Shown here: piece by piece, positions 1 to 12,000 of the stretch
Layout: each line of letters begins with the position of its first letter
Position numbering within the stretch: position 1 is the first letter of the stretch
Source of the DNA: an uncultured Planctomycetales bacterium
GTDB taxonomy: Bacteria > Omnitrophota > Gorgyraeia > Zapsychrales > JANLHA01
Assembly: GCA_964595465.1 (NCBI GenBank)
Contig: CAZQQI010000004.1
Location: forward strand, 30,195-94,194
DNA length: 64,000 nt
Direction: 5' to 3'
The notes under the pieces: generated by a model
Told to the model about the DNA's origin: nothing
What the model saw: only the letters and a program-made list of their open reading frames with translations
Databases searched by the model: none
Translations under genes and position numbers: made by a program

Positions 1-1
1 G

Positions 2-3000
2 ATACTCGGTGCTGTGAGTGCGTTTATACTGAGTCTGATCGGATTCAGCATAGCCATTCGTGCGCCGAATACCTCTATTAAACCGACAATCAAACAAAAT
101 GTGAAGAACCCGGTTCGACGTGTTCTTGGTGAATCCAAGCGTGCGTTTGACCGGGTTTCTTCATTATTCAGCAAAGGAGGAGCAAAATGGTACTTATCAA
201 CACGCACAGAGAATTGGAATTCAAGTACTTCCTGGAAATTCCTCAAAGCCGCTGCACGTTCTGTTCAGGCCGGGATGAAGAAGGGCGCACACGTCTTTAC
301 CTCATCTTCCGTGATCAGGAACGGGTCTATCAGCGCAACGGGATCAAAGGAACCTGGGACGAGATCGCCAGCAGCGCGGAACGCCGGCAGATCCACTCCG
401 TCTACAGCCAAGCGCTCAGCAGTAACCGCGTCCCGCACTTCAAGAGTAACCGGTTCCATTCGATTCTTAATTAGTGCGGCGGTTATTCTCGGCACAGCAG
501 AAACGGCCCAGGCCGCTTCGACCGAAAGCATTGTTTCTGCTGTGCCGGCCTGGATCCTGCCGGCGCTGGGATTCAGTATGATCGTGATGATCAGTGCTGT
601 TTTGATAGGGAAATTGATCAAGACAGCTAAAGAGCACGAAGCACAGCAGAATTATGAAGAAATCACCTCTGATGATCTGATCGAAGAGTGGACAGAACTT
701 GATATTCTTTCAGCGCGGGAATCAGCAGCTCGTGGGTTGGAGGTGGTTGGATTAGGCGCGGCAGCAGAATTGGTCCGCCGGGGTGAAGTGGATGCTGATT
801 ATAACGCTCAGCGCTACGACGCGTATGTCGGCCGGTTAATCGCACAAGCTATGTTTCATGACGAGCATGTACAGGAATGGATGACCGGCAAAAATATTTT
901 AATTAAGTTGACTGGCCGGACACGTTACCGTTTCTACAGCCGGGCGGTGAGAGGCGCGTTTGCTGAACCGGATGATGCCAAGAAAGAATATGGCGAAGAC
1001 CTGAGCGAGATAAAATTAACCGAACGCAGCATTAAAGAAGATATTAGAGAAGCCGCCCGGAAAGCATGGGCGCAGATAACTGGAGAAGGTGCAGGAGGTG
1101 TCGAGCGGTTAACCATACTTAAAGAAAACGCCGCTCAGCGCAGAAAAACTGAAAATATTGCAAAAGGTTTACGCAAACTGAGCAAAGCCGCCGTTTATAT
1201 CATTTTGGCATTGATCGGGCTGGCAGTATTTAACGCGATGACTGCACCGGCTATGGCACAGACAATCTCCGCCGATACGCAGGAAGCATCGCTCAATACG
1301 TCATCAATCTCCAGCGGACAAGCAGCCTCATCCTGGCTGCAACCTGAAAAGCTGCGCCTGCCGTCCAGTGATGATGTCCTGGTCGGACTGAATGTCCGCG
1401 ATTCAGGCTGGGATGATATGCGCATTATGATGGCGCAGGAAAAATCAGGTGAAATTTATGGCGCCCTTAAAAAGTCTGGCCGGCTGCAATTATGGCACGA
1501 GGCCCTGGTGAACCGCCAGGCCGCGTCTTCCGGGGAGGTCGTGATCGGGGTCACCGGACATATTATCGCTCAGGATCCGGTCATTGACGGTCAGCATGTG
1601 GCATTGGGTCAGAAGATCGAGATCGCTAAGGGCATATACGCGCGCGTGTATGCGCCGCAGATGTTCCTGGCCTATGAAAATGAAGAGGATGCGATCGTGG
1701 CGGTTACGGCCGGCGGACGTCATTTCGTGATCCCGGCTGACCTGAGACAAGAGATCGTGGCGAAGCGTTCCGGCAGTGAGACTGATTGGGTTGCCATTCC
1801 ACAGCGGGATGATAAGACCAAACGCGTGATTATCAGAGAGCGTACCATCAGAGAATTGAACGGGCGTCTGCCTAAGCATCGCATTAATGGGCACGACGGT
1901 CTGCGCGGCGGAGCCGTCATGGTCTTGAGCGCCCGGGCCCAACGCCAGGACCGGTTTGCCTTTAATAAACTCTCCGGCCAGCTTCTGCGTGAAGCCGCTA
2001 AGGAGATCGGTACCGGGTATTATGATACCCAACTGCTGAATATGTACCGCACACTCACTTATATGTTCGAACGTGAAGCCGGCTTGACCGAATCTCTGGC
2101 CTACCGTTACTTCGAAGAAGGTGAAGTGATCGGGGCCAGTTATGTTGGAAACGTCGATCGTTTCAAGGCTGACATTCCGTATGACAAGGTCTACAGCCCG
2201 TATTCCGGCCAGGTCACGAAGGTGGAGCGCACAGGGTTCGGTATTCGTATCGAGATCGAGGGGGCGCCCAAGGTAATTACTGGATTAGAGGCGACGATCA
2301 TTAGAGAAGGCGAGATCGTCAAAGCTGGTGAACTGATCGGTCTGGATCGCGACAAAGCGCCGGCAGAGGAACGCTTGGTAAGTATTAAAGAACAGATTGA
2401 AGAAACGCAGGATGAGGCGGCGAAAGTAAATAAGGCCATTGAGCGTGCCGAACGGGATAGAGAGCAGAAGGAAAAGATACTGAAGAGCCTTGAAGATCGT
2501 GAAAAGGCCGGTGAGAGCGCCGTGGCCCAGGCCCGCCGTGAACAGGCGGCACAGATGTCCGGTTGGAGTATCGCGGGCATTAATATTGACCAGTATCAGG
2601 CTGACCCGAAAGTTGTGGCGGAACATCTTAAGATGCTGATTAACGGCACGGTCAGCCCGTATCAGGTGGAAACGGGATTGAAGCTGACCCTGGGTATTTC
2701 CACCAATGGCAATCTGCCGCTGGGCAATATCCCGGGCATGAGCTTTGGCATGAACGGGTTCGGAACCAACATCAGCGGTGCCGGCGCGACGCAGGGCCCG
2801 GCTGATACGCTCAATCTGATGTTCGGTGATGCGCTTTACGAAGGCGGCAATGCTATGGCCGGCAAGGCGCTGGCATGGCTGTATGCCATGAAGTACGCGA
2901 CACAGATCTGGAATTCGATCGCCACTGAGATCCACCATGGTGATGAGCAGCGGGGCATGATCATTATGCCGCATACCAATGAAATGCTGATGCTGCTTCC

Positions 3001-6000
3001 GCTGGATTATACCGAACATCTGGTGGTTCAGCGCGACCTGCAGAAGAAAGACGGTAAGTATGTCTTTACCGAAAAGGATAAAGAATATATCACCCTGAAG
3101 TCGAACTGGACCCGTATTATCGAAGATGTCCTGAGCACTTTGTCACTCAGTCCGCCGGAGAAGACCCTGCTGGAAGAATATATGACCAATCATCCGATCT
3201 ATGTACCGGGCGACCGTGAACGCCTTTTCTGGCTGGAAGGAGTCAATCAGCCGGTTGATTCGGATTATCAATATATCTCAATGCGGGGTATGAGTAAGCA
3301 TCAAATGCGCGAACGTCTGGCCCGGATGCGTAAGGCCCGGAATAATCTACAGACCCGCATCGATGATGCGGCTTTACGTGAAAGTTATCGAAATTTTTAT
3401 AAATCCGCGATCCCGTATCTTGAAAAAATGCTGGCCCAGGCCTCTGCGGACGGATATAAACCGCAGGAATTTTTGCACGGTTACCGTTATAACAAACGGA
3501 CCGGGCAGCTGGAAGAGCGCATGCGGATCCGTATGTTCATTGAAGATGAGAACGGCAAGCCGGTTATTCAGCAGTGGTTGTCTAATGATGATGAGGGTGC
3601 AGCCTACCGTATGCAGCCCGGCACAGCCTTCTTTATTCCGTCTATCGCGCGCGTGACACATAATCTGCCGGAAGTCCAGGCTGGATTGTATGGCAAGGGC
3701 ATGAGTTATGACCCGGCAAAAGGAATTTTCAGCCGTTATGACAATCCTTACAACAATGTCTTTCCGGCCACCCGTCCGGTTTTGAAATTGATGAGCAGCG
3801 GGACCACCTTTGATCTGTTTTCTTCTCTGGCCCAGGCGCGGGCCCTGCCGCAGGCCGTGGGTAAGAATCTTGACGGGTCTTATGCTGAATCTCTATTTAT
3901 CCCGGGTATGGATCTGATCATTGTTTCTTACTGGTTTAATAATGAGATCGTTCCGGAAGGCTCGCAGAATGCCGGTATCAGACCGGCACAGGTTACTGGA
4001 CATTTGATCCCGTTCAAGTTGGCGCAGGGCGGCGGTCAGGGTCAGCCGCGGATTTATGATCAGGCGCCGACATTAGCTTTTACCAGCCGTCTTTCGCAGC
4101 GGGATTGGAGCGTTATCCGCTATCCGGTTGATAAGGATGGCAACCGTATCCCGGTCATGATCCGCACGGTGGATCCGCGCACGGGTGCGGTTTATAAACG
4201 TCCTCTGCCGGAAGGCGTGAAGGTGGTTAAGCGCGCCGGCGACCGCCTGGGTAAAGACCAGTTCGCCTTCTGGGTGGAGCGTCCGCAGAGTATTCCGCGC
4301 GAGATGCATCTGGTGGGTGATGAGGTTCGGTTTATTTCTTCACCGCAGGAATCCGCGATGTATGGAGAGCTGGCGCCGGCACGCACAAAAGAAGACGAAC
4401 GCCGTGTTGTGAAGCTTACCTGGAAGCTTGATGAGAAAATGATCTGGGAGAACATCCTGCATGACAGCGGTGATGACCAACTTAAGCACACTCGCCTGCT
4501 GATCGGCGAAGGGCGCGCGATCGGTTTGGCGGTCCTCGGTGCTAATGCCGAGCCGTTGGATGATAACGAGAGCTACACAGCCGCTGTGAAGCCGGACGGC
4601 ACCATTGTCCGCTATGATGATGCTAACGATCAGCCTGTGACACAGAAGATCGTAATCCCGGTCCTGGAGAAGGCCGATGTGAACGCGCTGGTCACCTTCC
4701 TGCGTAAATATCAGTATCAGCGTATGGATCTGAACACTGTCCGCCGCATGCTGACGGATAAAGATTTTCCGGCTGAATGGAAAGGTGTCTTCCAGATATT
4801 TTCCAATGATGCCCAGAAAGCACTGGATAAGGTTCAAGCAACACAGGCGGCTTTTGAAGCGCAGGTACGCATCAAAGACCGCATTATGCAGATGATCAAA
4901 TCGTCTTATGCCGAAGAAGGCGATCTTATGCGTCAGCGCGCGCAGGCGGTTTTCGGTATCTTTAAAGACATGACCGAGATCGAGGTGGAGATGGTTTCCG
5001 GTATGTTGATGATGAAATACCTCAAGGAGATCGCGATCGAGAATAATATGAGCCTTGATCAGCTGATCGAACAGCTTGAGGAGCGCGGCGACCTGCGAGA
5101 TCAGATCATGAAGCTTCTGCATGACCGGTTTACGCCGACGCATCTTTTCGGGCGCGGGGCCGCGCAGGACAACCAGAGCAAGCTTCGTCAGACAGAAGAA
5201 GGCATTCAGCACTTCCGCAACTTTACTCCGAAGACCAGTACCGCATTCAGCGCATACGAGCTCGGCGGAACGACTGTTGCCGGAAGAACAGTGACTTTTG
5301 ATGAGGCCATCGCGTGGAATAAAGGGCAGATCAACACCTTTAAAGAAGACTATAAAACGGATCTGATAAATTTGATGAACAGTGATGATGCAGATGACAA
5401 CCTGCTGCGTTCACAGGAAGAATTAGCAGAATCTCATGACTGGCTGACCACAGAAAGCATCCAAATGCGTCAAGCCATGTCTGACATCGCCCATCAGCAG
5501 AATATTTACGGAGGCTATGTCAAGGCCGCTGATTTTATCGGACAGTGGTATGACAATGCGGCCTATTGGCAGGGCGCTTATGATATCAGTGATTTTCATG
5601 TCCGTCAGGAACAGTGGACCTGGAAGAATGGCGAGCTCATTAAACATCGTCCCTGGTATCATGAACATCAATTAGAAGATATTGACCGCTGGATCGCTGG
5701 ATATAAGCGCAACATTTCTCTCCTGCAGATCGCCGATACAACACGGGTCGAGAGTTTTGAAGGGCTCTGGATCCGTCCGATCCAGAGCAAGACCGTTTAT
5801 ACGGTAAGTGACGCGCAGAAAGAGGCGGACCGCTTGCGCGAGGAAGTTCGCTCCCTGCCGTTTGCATTTAAGGATATACAGAATATCACGGATGAAGCCC
5901 GCGCGGTCTATCAGAAATATACTGATCAGGTTCTGCCGCTGCAGAAGGCCTACGCGGATCTGCTGGCGAAAGACGCGGCCGCGGACGCGTTATTCCAGGG

Positions 6001-9000
6001 CAACAATCCGAATAAAGAGACAGTGGAAGACATCCGCGCGCGTAAGTTGAAACTCTTCCAGGCAGAAAAGGCTTGGCGTGAGGCGCGTCAGACTGTTCTG
6101 GCAGAGCTGGATCAGGTTGGGCAGGGTTATTATCTGGATGAACGCACACGCCGCATTCTGGACTTTGAGCGTGAATTGGCGCTGACTGCTGCCAAAAATT
6201 TCTTTGACCGCCGCGGTCTTGGCGCTAACCCGCACGGTGCTATGTTAGAGAACATGAAGAAGTTCGCCAGTTATAACTGGCCGCTGCGTGACATTGCTAA
6301 TCGCATTTCTGATCTGCGCCGGGCGTCCGACAATGCTGAGAAAGATATTGCGCGTGCGCATCAGGCAGTTGTTCACGCTCAGCAGCAGTTCGATGATTTG
6401 GTGACTAATTTTGGCCGTTCATTCATCGACCATTTGGACGAGCATTACGAAGGCGTGGTCCTCTCCCAGAAAGACCGTAATTATATTGCTTATCAGCTGG
6501 CCCGGATGCAGCGCGGACCTCCGCGGATCAAATATATGAATGGTCAATTGTACTTAGACGGCCGTCGTGTTGACGCGGCCGGCACGATCAGTCAGGGTCG
6601 ATTTACCGAGATCTCTTCTTCTGATTTTCGCAACGGCGAGATGTCCGCGCATATGACCGCCTGGATGGATCCGGAACACGGCCGCAATGTCTATATTATG
6701 AATGCTCAGCCGAATGCCGAGGGCATGGGCGGACATCAGCTGATGCTGCTTGAGGTTAATCTGACGCCGGAAGAAGCCAGGAATTTTACACATCATTTCG
6801 CGATCGGAGGCGGGCAGTGGTCCCGCACCGAACAGCAGGGTGCGTTTGACGAAGAGGGCGAGACCGTGACTGAACGGTACGCCTTGATCCTGGATACATT
6901 AGCGTGGCGCAATGATAAATTTTCTTTGAATGTGGTCGGGTTCGGTAAGATCTCAGCATCAAAGAACGGTACACATGTCGGTGGTCTTCAGGGTACGCTA
7001 GAATACAAGATCAACGAAAAGGCGCGTTTGATCGTGGAAGGCGGATTCGCGGCATCTAGCCGAAAAGAGACCTATAGTGTTTTCGATCCTGCCACACAGG
7101 CCTATAAGCCGTGGACCCTGCGCGGGAGCGATAACTATAATTATCAGAAGATCACACTGGATCATGTCCTGACCGAAAAAGGCGGTCTGCGCGGTCAGAT
7201 CTCGCTCATGCGTGTGCAGGAAGGCAGCTTTGCCCGTAAGATCAAGGGAAACACCAGTATCTTCCCGTCTATGGGGCTTACCTATAGTCCGAAAGACGCA
7301 GCCAAGCGTCAGGCCGAGGCTAAGTTGGCTGAGCTTAAAGAAGACGGTGTGACCGATCCGTTTGAATTGCAGGCAGCGTATCAGAAGACCTATAATGAGA
7401 CCCTGGCGCAGTTTAAACTCCCGGTTGAGGTCGCTTTTGAACAGGCCCTTGGGTTCAACATGACTAACATTGAGGCGCGTTACAAGAATGTCTGGATGCG
7501 GGCGCGTCACCTGGACGGCACCTGGACTTATGGCGCGGGCGCGCGGATCATCGACCGTGAGCAGGTCAAGATGGATGTCAGTGTGTCGGTTGACGCTCTC
7601 GGCACACCTGTGGTGAATCTGGCGACATCCGCCCAGCCTTTTGACGGTGTCGAATTCAGCGCTTCGTTGGGCAATAAAGATCCGCTGGTCAGCGCCACGA
7701 TCGATATCTTTAAACTGGCTAAAGTATTGGCAGTGAATGAAGAGACCGAAGCGGCTGCGGCCGTGACCCTGAGAGATCTCTCCCGGACTCAGATCATGGT
7801 GGGTCTGGATCTGGCCGGTGTGGTCGATGCTGACGCGCGACAGATCGTCAATATTATTATGCAGATCCGCAGCGACAAAGACTTCATGAAGACCAATCCG
7901 GGTTTTGATCAGATCCTGGCCCATGAGAAATTCAAATCTCATCAAGACCTGAAGAACATCCTAGATAAACGCATGGTTGTCAGCAAGCTTGCTTGGACTA
8001 AGACCGTTACGGAAGAATTCGTTGCTTATGAAAAAGCGGATATTGATCCTTTCCTGGCCCTGGCCCTTGCACCTCAGCCGTTCGATCAGCCCAAGCCGTA
8101 TGATGTCAATGTTTACCTGAATGAGAACTTGTGGCAGACCAGATATGCTGTTCTTGAGACGGACGCCGGGGATCTCAATACGAGCGTTGTCGGGCTCAGG
8201 AAGCGCATCGCTCATGAATTAAAGATCGCGAACAATAAAGATTATTTCGGCTATGCCCGCTTGCTCGGCCGCTTGAGCCAGGGGCTGACGATGGAAGAAT
8301 ACAGCGTGGCTGTGACGGTCGAGAAGGCGTATGAAGAATACAACGAGAACGGCATGATCCGGTTCGCTCCGGGCAGCGGGTATTACTTCCGTATGCCGTA
8401 CCGTGGTGAGATTATCGAGATCCCGATGGGTGACGGGAAAGGCCTGGTCATCGTTCCTGAGTTAGCTGAAAAATATAATCTGCGTGAAGAATTGCGTAGC
8501 CCGTATCCGATCCCGGTCGAAGCGAAGCTGAATATGCTTAGATTGATCGAACAGGCTTACGAGGGGGATGGGTACTATGTGGTGCCGGGCGAAGGGCTTT
8601 ATCAGATTACCGACAATCAGCTTGATCTGCACCCGGATGCCACAGACATTCCGGCTGAGGCGATCATCGTCCGCAGTGAACAGGGCATTGCAGCAACGGC
8701 AAACCATTTTGCTCTGATCGTACCCAACAGCCAGGGAGAATGGGTCAAGATTTTTGCAACGGAGGCCGAGATGGTCAACTTGCTGAATGACAGGACCTAT
8801 GGATTAGATTATTACCTGTTGACAGAAAAGGACCAAGACGGTGAACCTATTCGCATGCTGGCTGTCCCGGCTGAGGAAGGCATGTCCGGTGCCAAAGAAA
8901 CCATTGACGGCCGCTGGGTGATCGGTGTCGGATATATGAACAGAGAATTGAACGACCGCCTGGATAGCGAGACTGAAGAATTCAACGCCGGGACACTGGA

Positions 9001-12000
9001 GAAGGATGGCGAACCGGTGGTCATGCGCCTGAACCGTCCGAATGTCACGGCAGACACCTTAGCAACATCGCTGACCCGTGAAGAAGCCGAGCAAATGATT
9101 ATAGATAACATGGCGACTGAAGAGTCAGAGCTGAACGCGCCGCACTTTGTCCTGCGTCATCTGAAGGACAACCTTATGGATGCCTTCCCTTATTATCAGG
9201 ATATCGATGGTGACCAGGAATATGATCCGCAAACCGATGCATTCAGCAAGGGTGACCCGCGTTTCTATGAATCCCAGCCGAATGAATCTTCGCGCGGTGA
9301 CCAGTGGCAGCCGCTGAAGACCTTCGGTATCTATGATCCGCAGACCGATACATTTTACACCTTTGATTTTGCCGGCGAAGACGGGCGTATCGGATACGCT
9401 GCGATGTCTGATATCTTAGCGCCGTATTCGTCTGTTGTCGTGAATGAAGCCGGTCAATCCGTTTATAAAACCACGGAAGGGCTGGACGCGCTTATAAGCG
9501 AAAACATCCTGAGATGGGCTAAAGAGACAGAGGGCGGGCGCACGCGTTATATCTTAGAAAGCCCCTATTCACCGGTTGGGTTATCGCGTGACTTGCGCGA
9601 TCAGTTCGAAAACATTCTTGAGCAGGGTCATTGGCTGGTCCTTAAAGAAGACACCGTTATTCCGTCCAGCGTGGATCCGCAGAAATTGATTGCGGTGACC
9701 TCTAGATTCGAAGCGCTGCTGGAAGGTTCCCTTGAGGATAAAATTGAAATCGTCCGAATGGATGCGGACGGATATGTGACAGCCCATGTCTACCTTGATT
9801 ACAATCCTCAGAAATCACGGATCGGAGTTGTCGATAGCGCCGTTGAGCGTATCTACAACTTGGCGGATTATATCGAATCCCCGGCCGATGTGCAACCTGT
9901 CGCTGATGCGACGACGTTGGATGAGCTGACCTATAGCGACATGAGCGATGTTCCGGAATTGACCCTTCAGCGTTTCCACAAGATTATGGATGCTGTACAG
10001 CGGTTGGGTGAGGATCTGAAATACGTTAAGATCCGTGATCTGGATGTGACGCGCTATTTTGATGGACCGTATTATACGATTGAAGTCTTTGAAGAAGGCG
10101 CCAGCGATCCGATCGTCAGTATTCGCCCGCTGCAGGAAGAGATCGTTTGGTTTGACGCCGAGGGGAACGAACGCTACACCACTGATCTGTACGGCGAAGA
10201 GGGCGTCCGGGTCAAAATTGGGGATCGCTTCGAAGAGAATGTCACCGGCGTCTTCGAATTTCATGAAGACGAAGACACCGGGTTATACGTTAGTTTGCGT
10301 GAGACAGAAGAAAATCCATCGTACACGACCATGAAACGTACCCATACTAATGGTGCCATACAGCGAGAAGAGGTTGCCACTGTAAAGAGAAATGACGTGA
10401 TCAATATCCTCAACACCGGTCAATCGTTACAGAACATCGCTGAGGGAGCGGACTTCACCTATGCCGATGATTATGTTTACGACAATGAGCATAAATTGGC
10501 CGAACGCCGTATTGGCGTTCATGATCAACACGCATGGACCATCTATCCGCAGGTTCAGGATGGGCCGGTTGAAGGTATTACGGAAAAACTGCTGGCCTTA
10601 AGCGATGTCGGTCAGAGCTGGGGTCAATTTAATATTACTTCTGATATGGAATGGGAGATCGCCAAAACCGTACGGGTTTTCGGCAACAATTACAAAGTTG
10701 AGACCTATGACTACCGTATTCCTAATGATCCTTTAGAGCGAATCTTTTTAACGATTAGGATGGAGAATGGTCAGCTGATCGAAATGATTGCCGGATTGGC
10801 ATTTGATCAGCGTACCGGGGATCAGATCCGTTCATCTGTCCTGGAGATGAACTACGACGAAAAAGCCCAATTTGATTATCTTGAAGAAGATGAACGGGAG
10901 CAGTTGGATATTATTGACAACGCTGGACAGCTGTTTGATGCAGAAAAGATCGAGACCCTTATGGGCGCGATGGCCAGACGGTTCCCGGAAGCCGTCAAGA
11001 TTGATCGTGCAGGACGCCTGACCCGGTTCTTTGATATTATCGGGCAGGAAGATGAGATCCTGCCGGAAGACTATCCGCAGATCTTCTGGGGATTCATGCG
11101 CCGCATGGGAATTACCCCGGACACAGAATTTACGGTCTTGCGTGAGCGGGCCCGCCTCTGGACCGGTGATGGATATTCTGATCAGTATTTCGCCCGGCCG
11201 AAATTGCATTACCTGATCCCCAATGACAGCCGCGGGCGGGATGCTGTGGTGGTCTATCCCAACGGCGATATGACCCTGAACTTGTGGTGGCTGGAGGGTG
11301 AAGAAAATGTCCATGTTATAAACGGCGGTCCGCGTTATTACGATATGCCGACCGGGGTTCTTCCGGGTATGATCACGATCGATGCAGACAATGAGCTGAA
11401 GCAGGTCGGCATATACCGTGCTCCGGCTCAGGGTGAAGCTGAATTCGATATTACCTTATATGAGCGCGAGAATGGCCGTCCGCTGGAAGGCGCTGACCCG
11501 ATTGTGGATGTCCATGCTGGCGGCGGACAGATGTTCCAGACAGCGTTTTATAATGAAGACGGCTCCAAGGATGTGTTCATCGGTCATGAATATGAGATTA
11601 TGGACGCGGAATTCAAACGCAGCGCCATCTATACGGCCGGTGGTCAGCTTCTGGCTGAGAAGTATTCCCATGTCACGGTTCAGATCGTCAAAGAGCTGTT
11701 GGGTGTTGGAACCAATGGGGAAGAAACGATTGTCTTTGATCCGCGCCAACCATACCGCTATCCGATCCAGGCTTACATGAGGAATGCCGAAGGAGAGAAT
11801 CTTGCGGACGGCACCATCGTTAAGACCTTTGTTCACCAGGACAGCATGATGGATTTTAGCGCTGATCCTATAAAAGCCGATGTGGGTGCTCAGAAGAGTG
11901 AATTTGTGGTTTATGAATCTGAGGGCGTGGCGCCGCAAACAATCAATGCTCAAAAGTATACCTATATTGATGACGAGCTTCAGGAAAAGACCCGCTGGCA

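Larger units (their letters stand above)
531..2345 (+). repeat. Module-leader repeat, copy 1 (copy 2 at 19629-21425)
   Basis: 531-1182 is near-identical to 19629-20280 (offset 19098; the track shows identical shadow ORFs at 663/19761 and 934/20032). Homology continues in diverged form to ~2345 (offset 19080). Confidence 0.95.

Noticed and set aside
2180-2345. Active M23 peptidase
   Set aside because: Hybrid-motif pattern present but the HxxxD and HxH zinc ligands are absent
8030-8200. Lytic transglycosylase-like IDPFLALAL motif
   Set aside because: No ES catalytic motif or GLMQ follows; too weak
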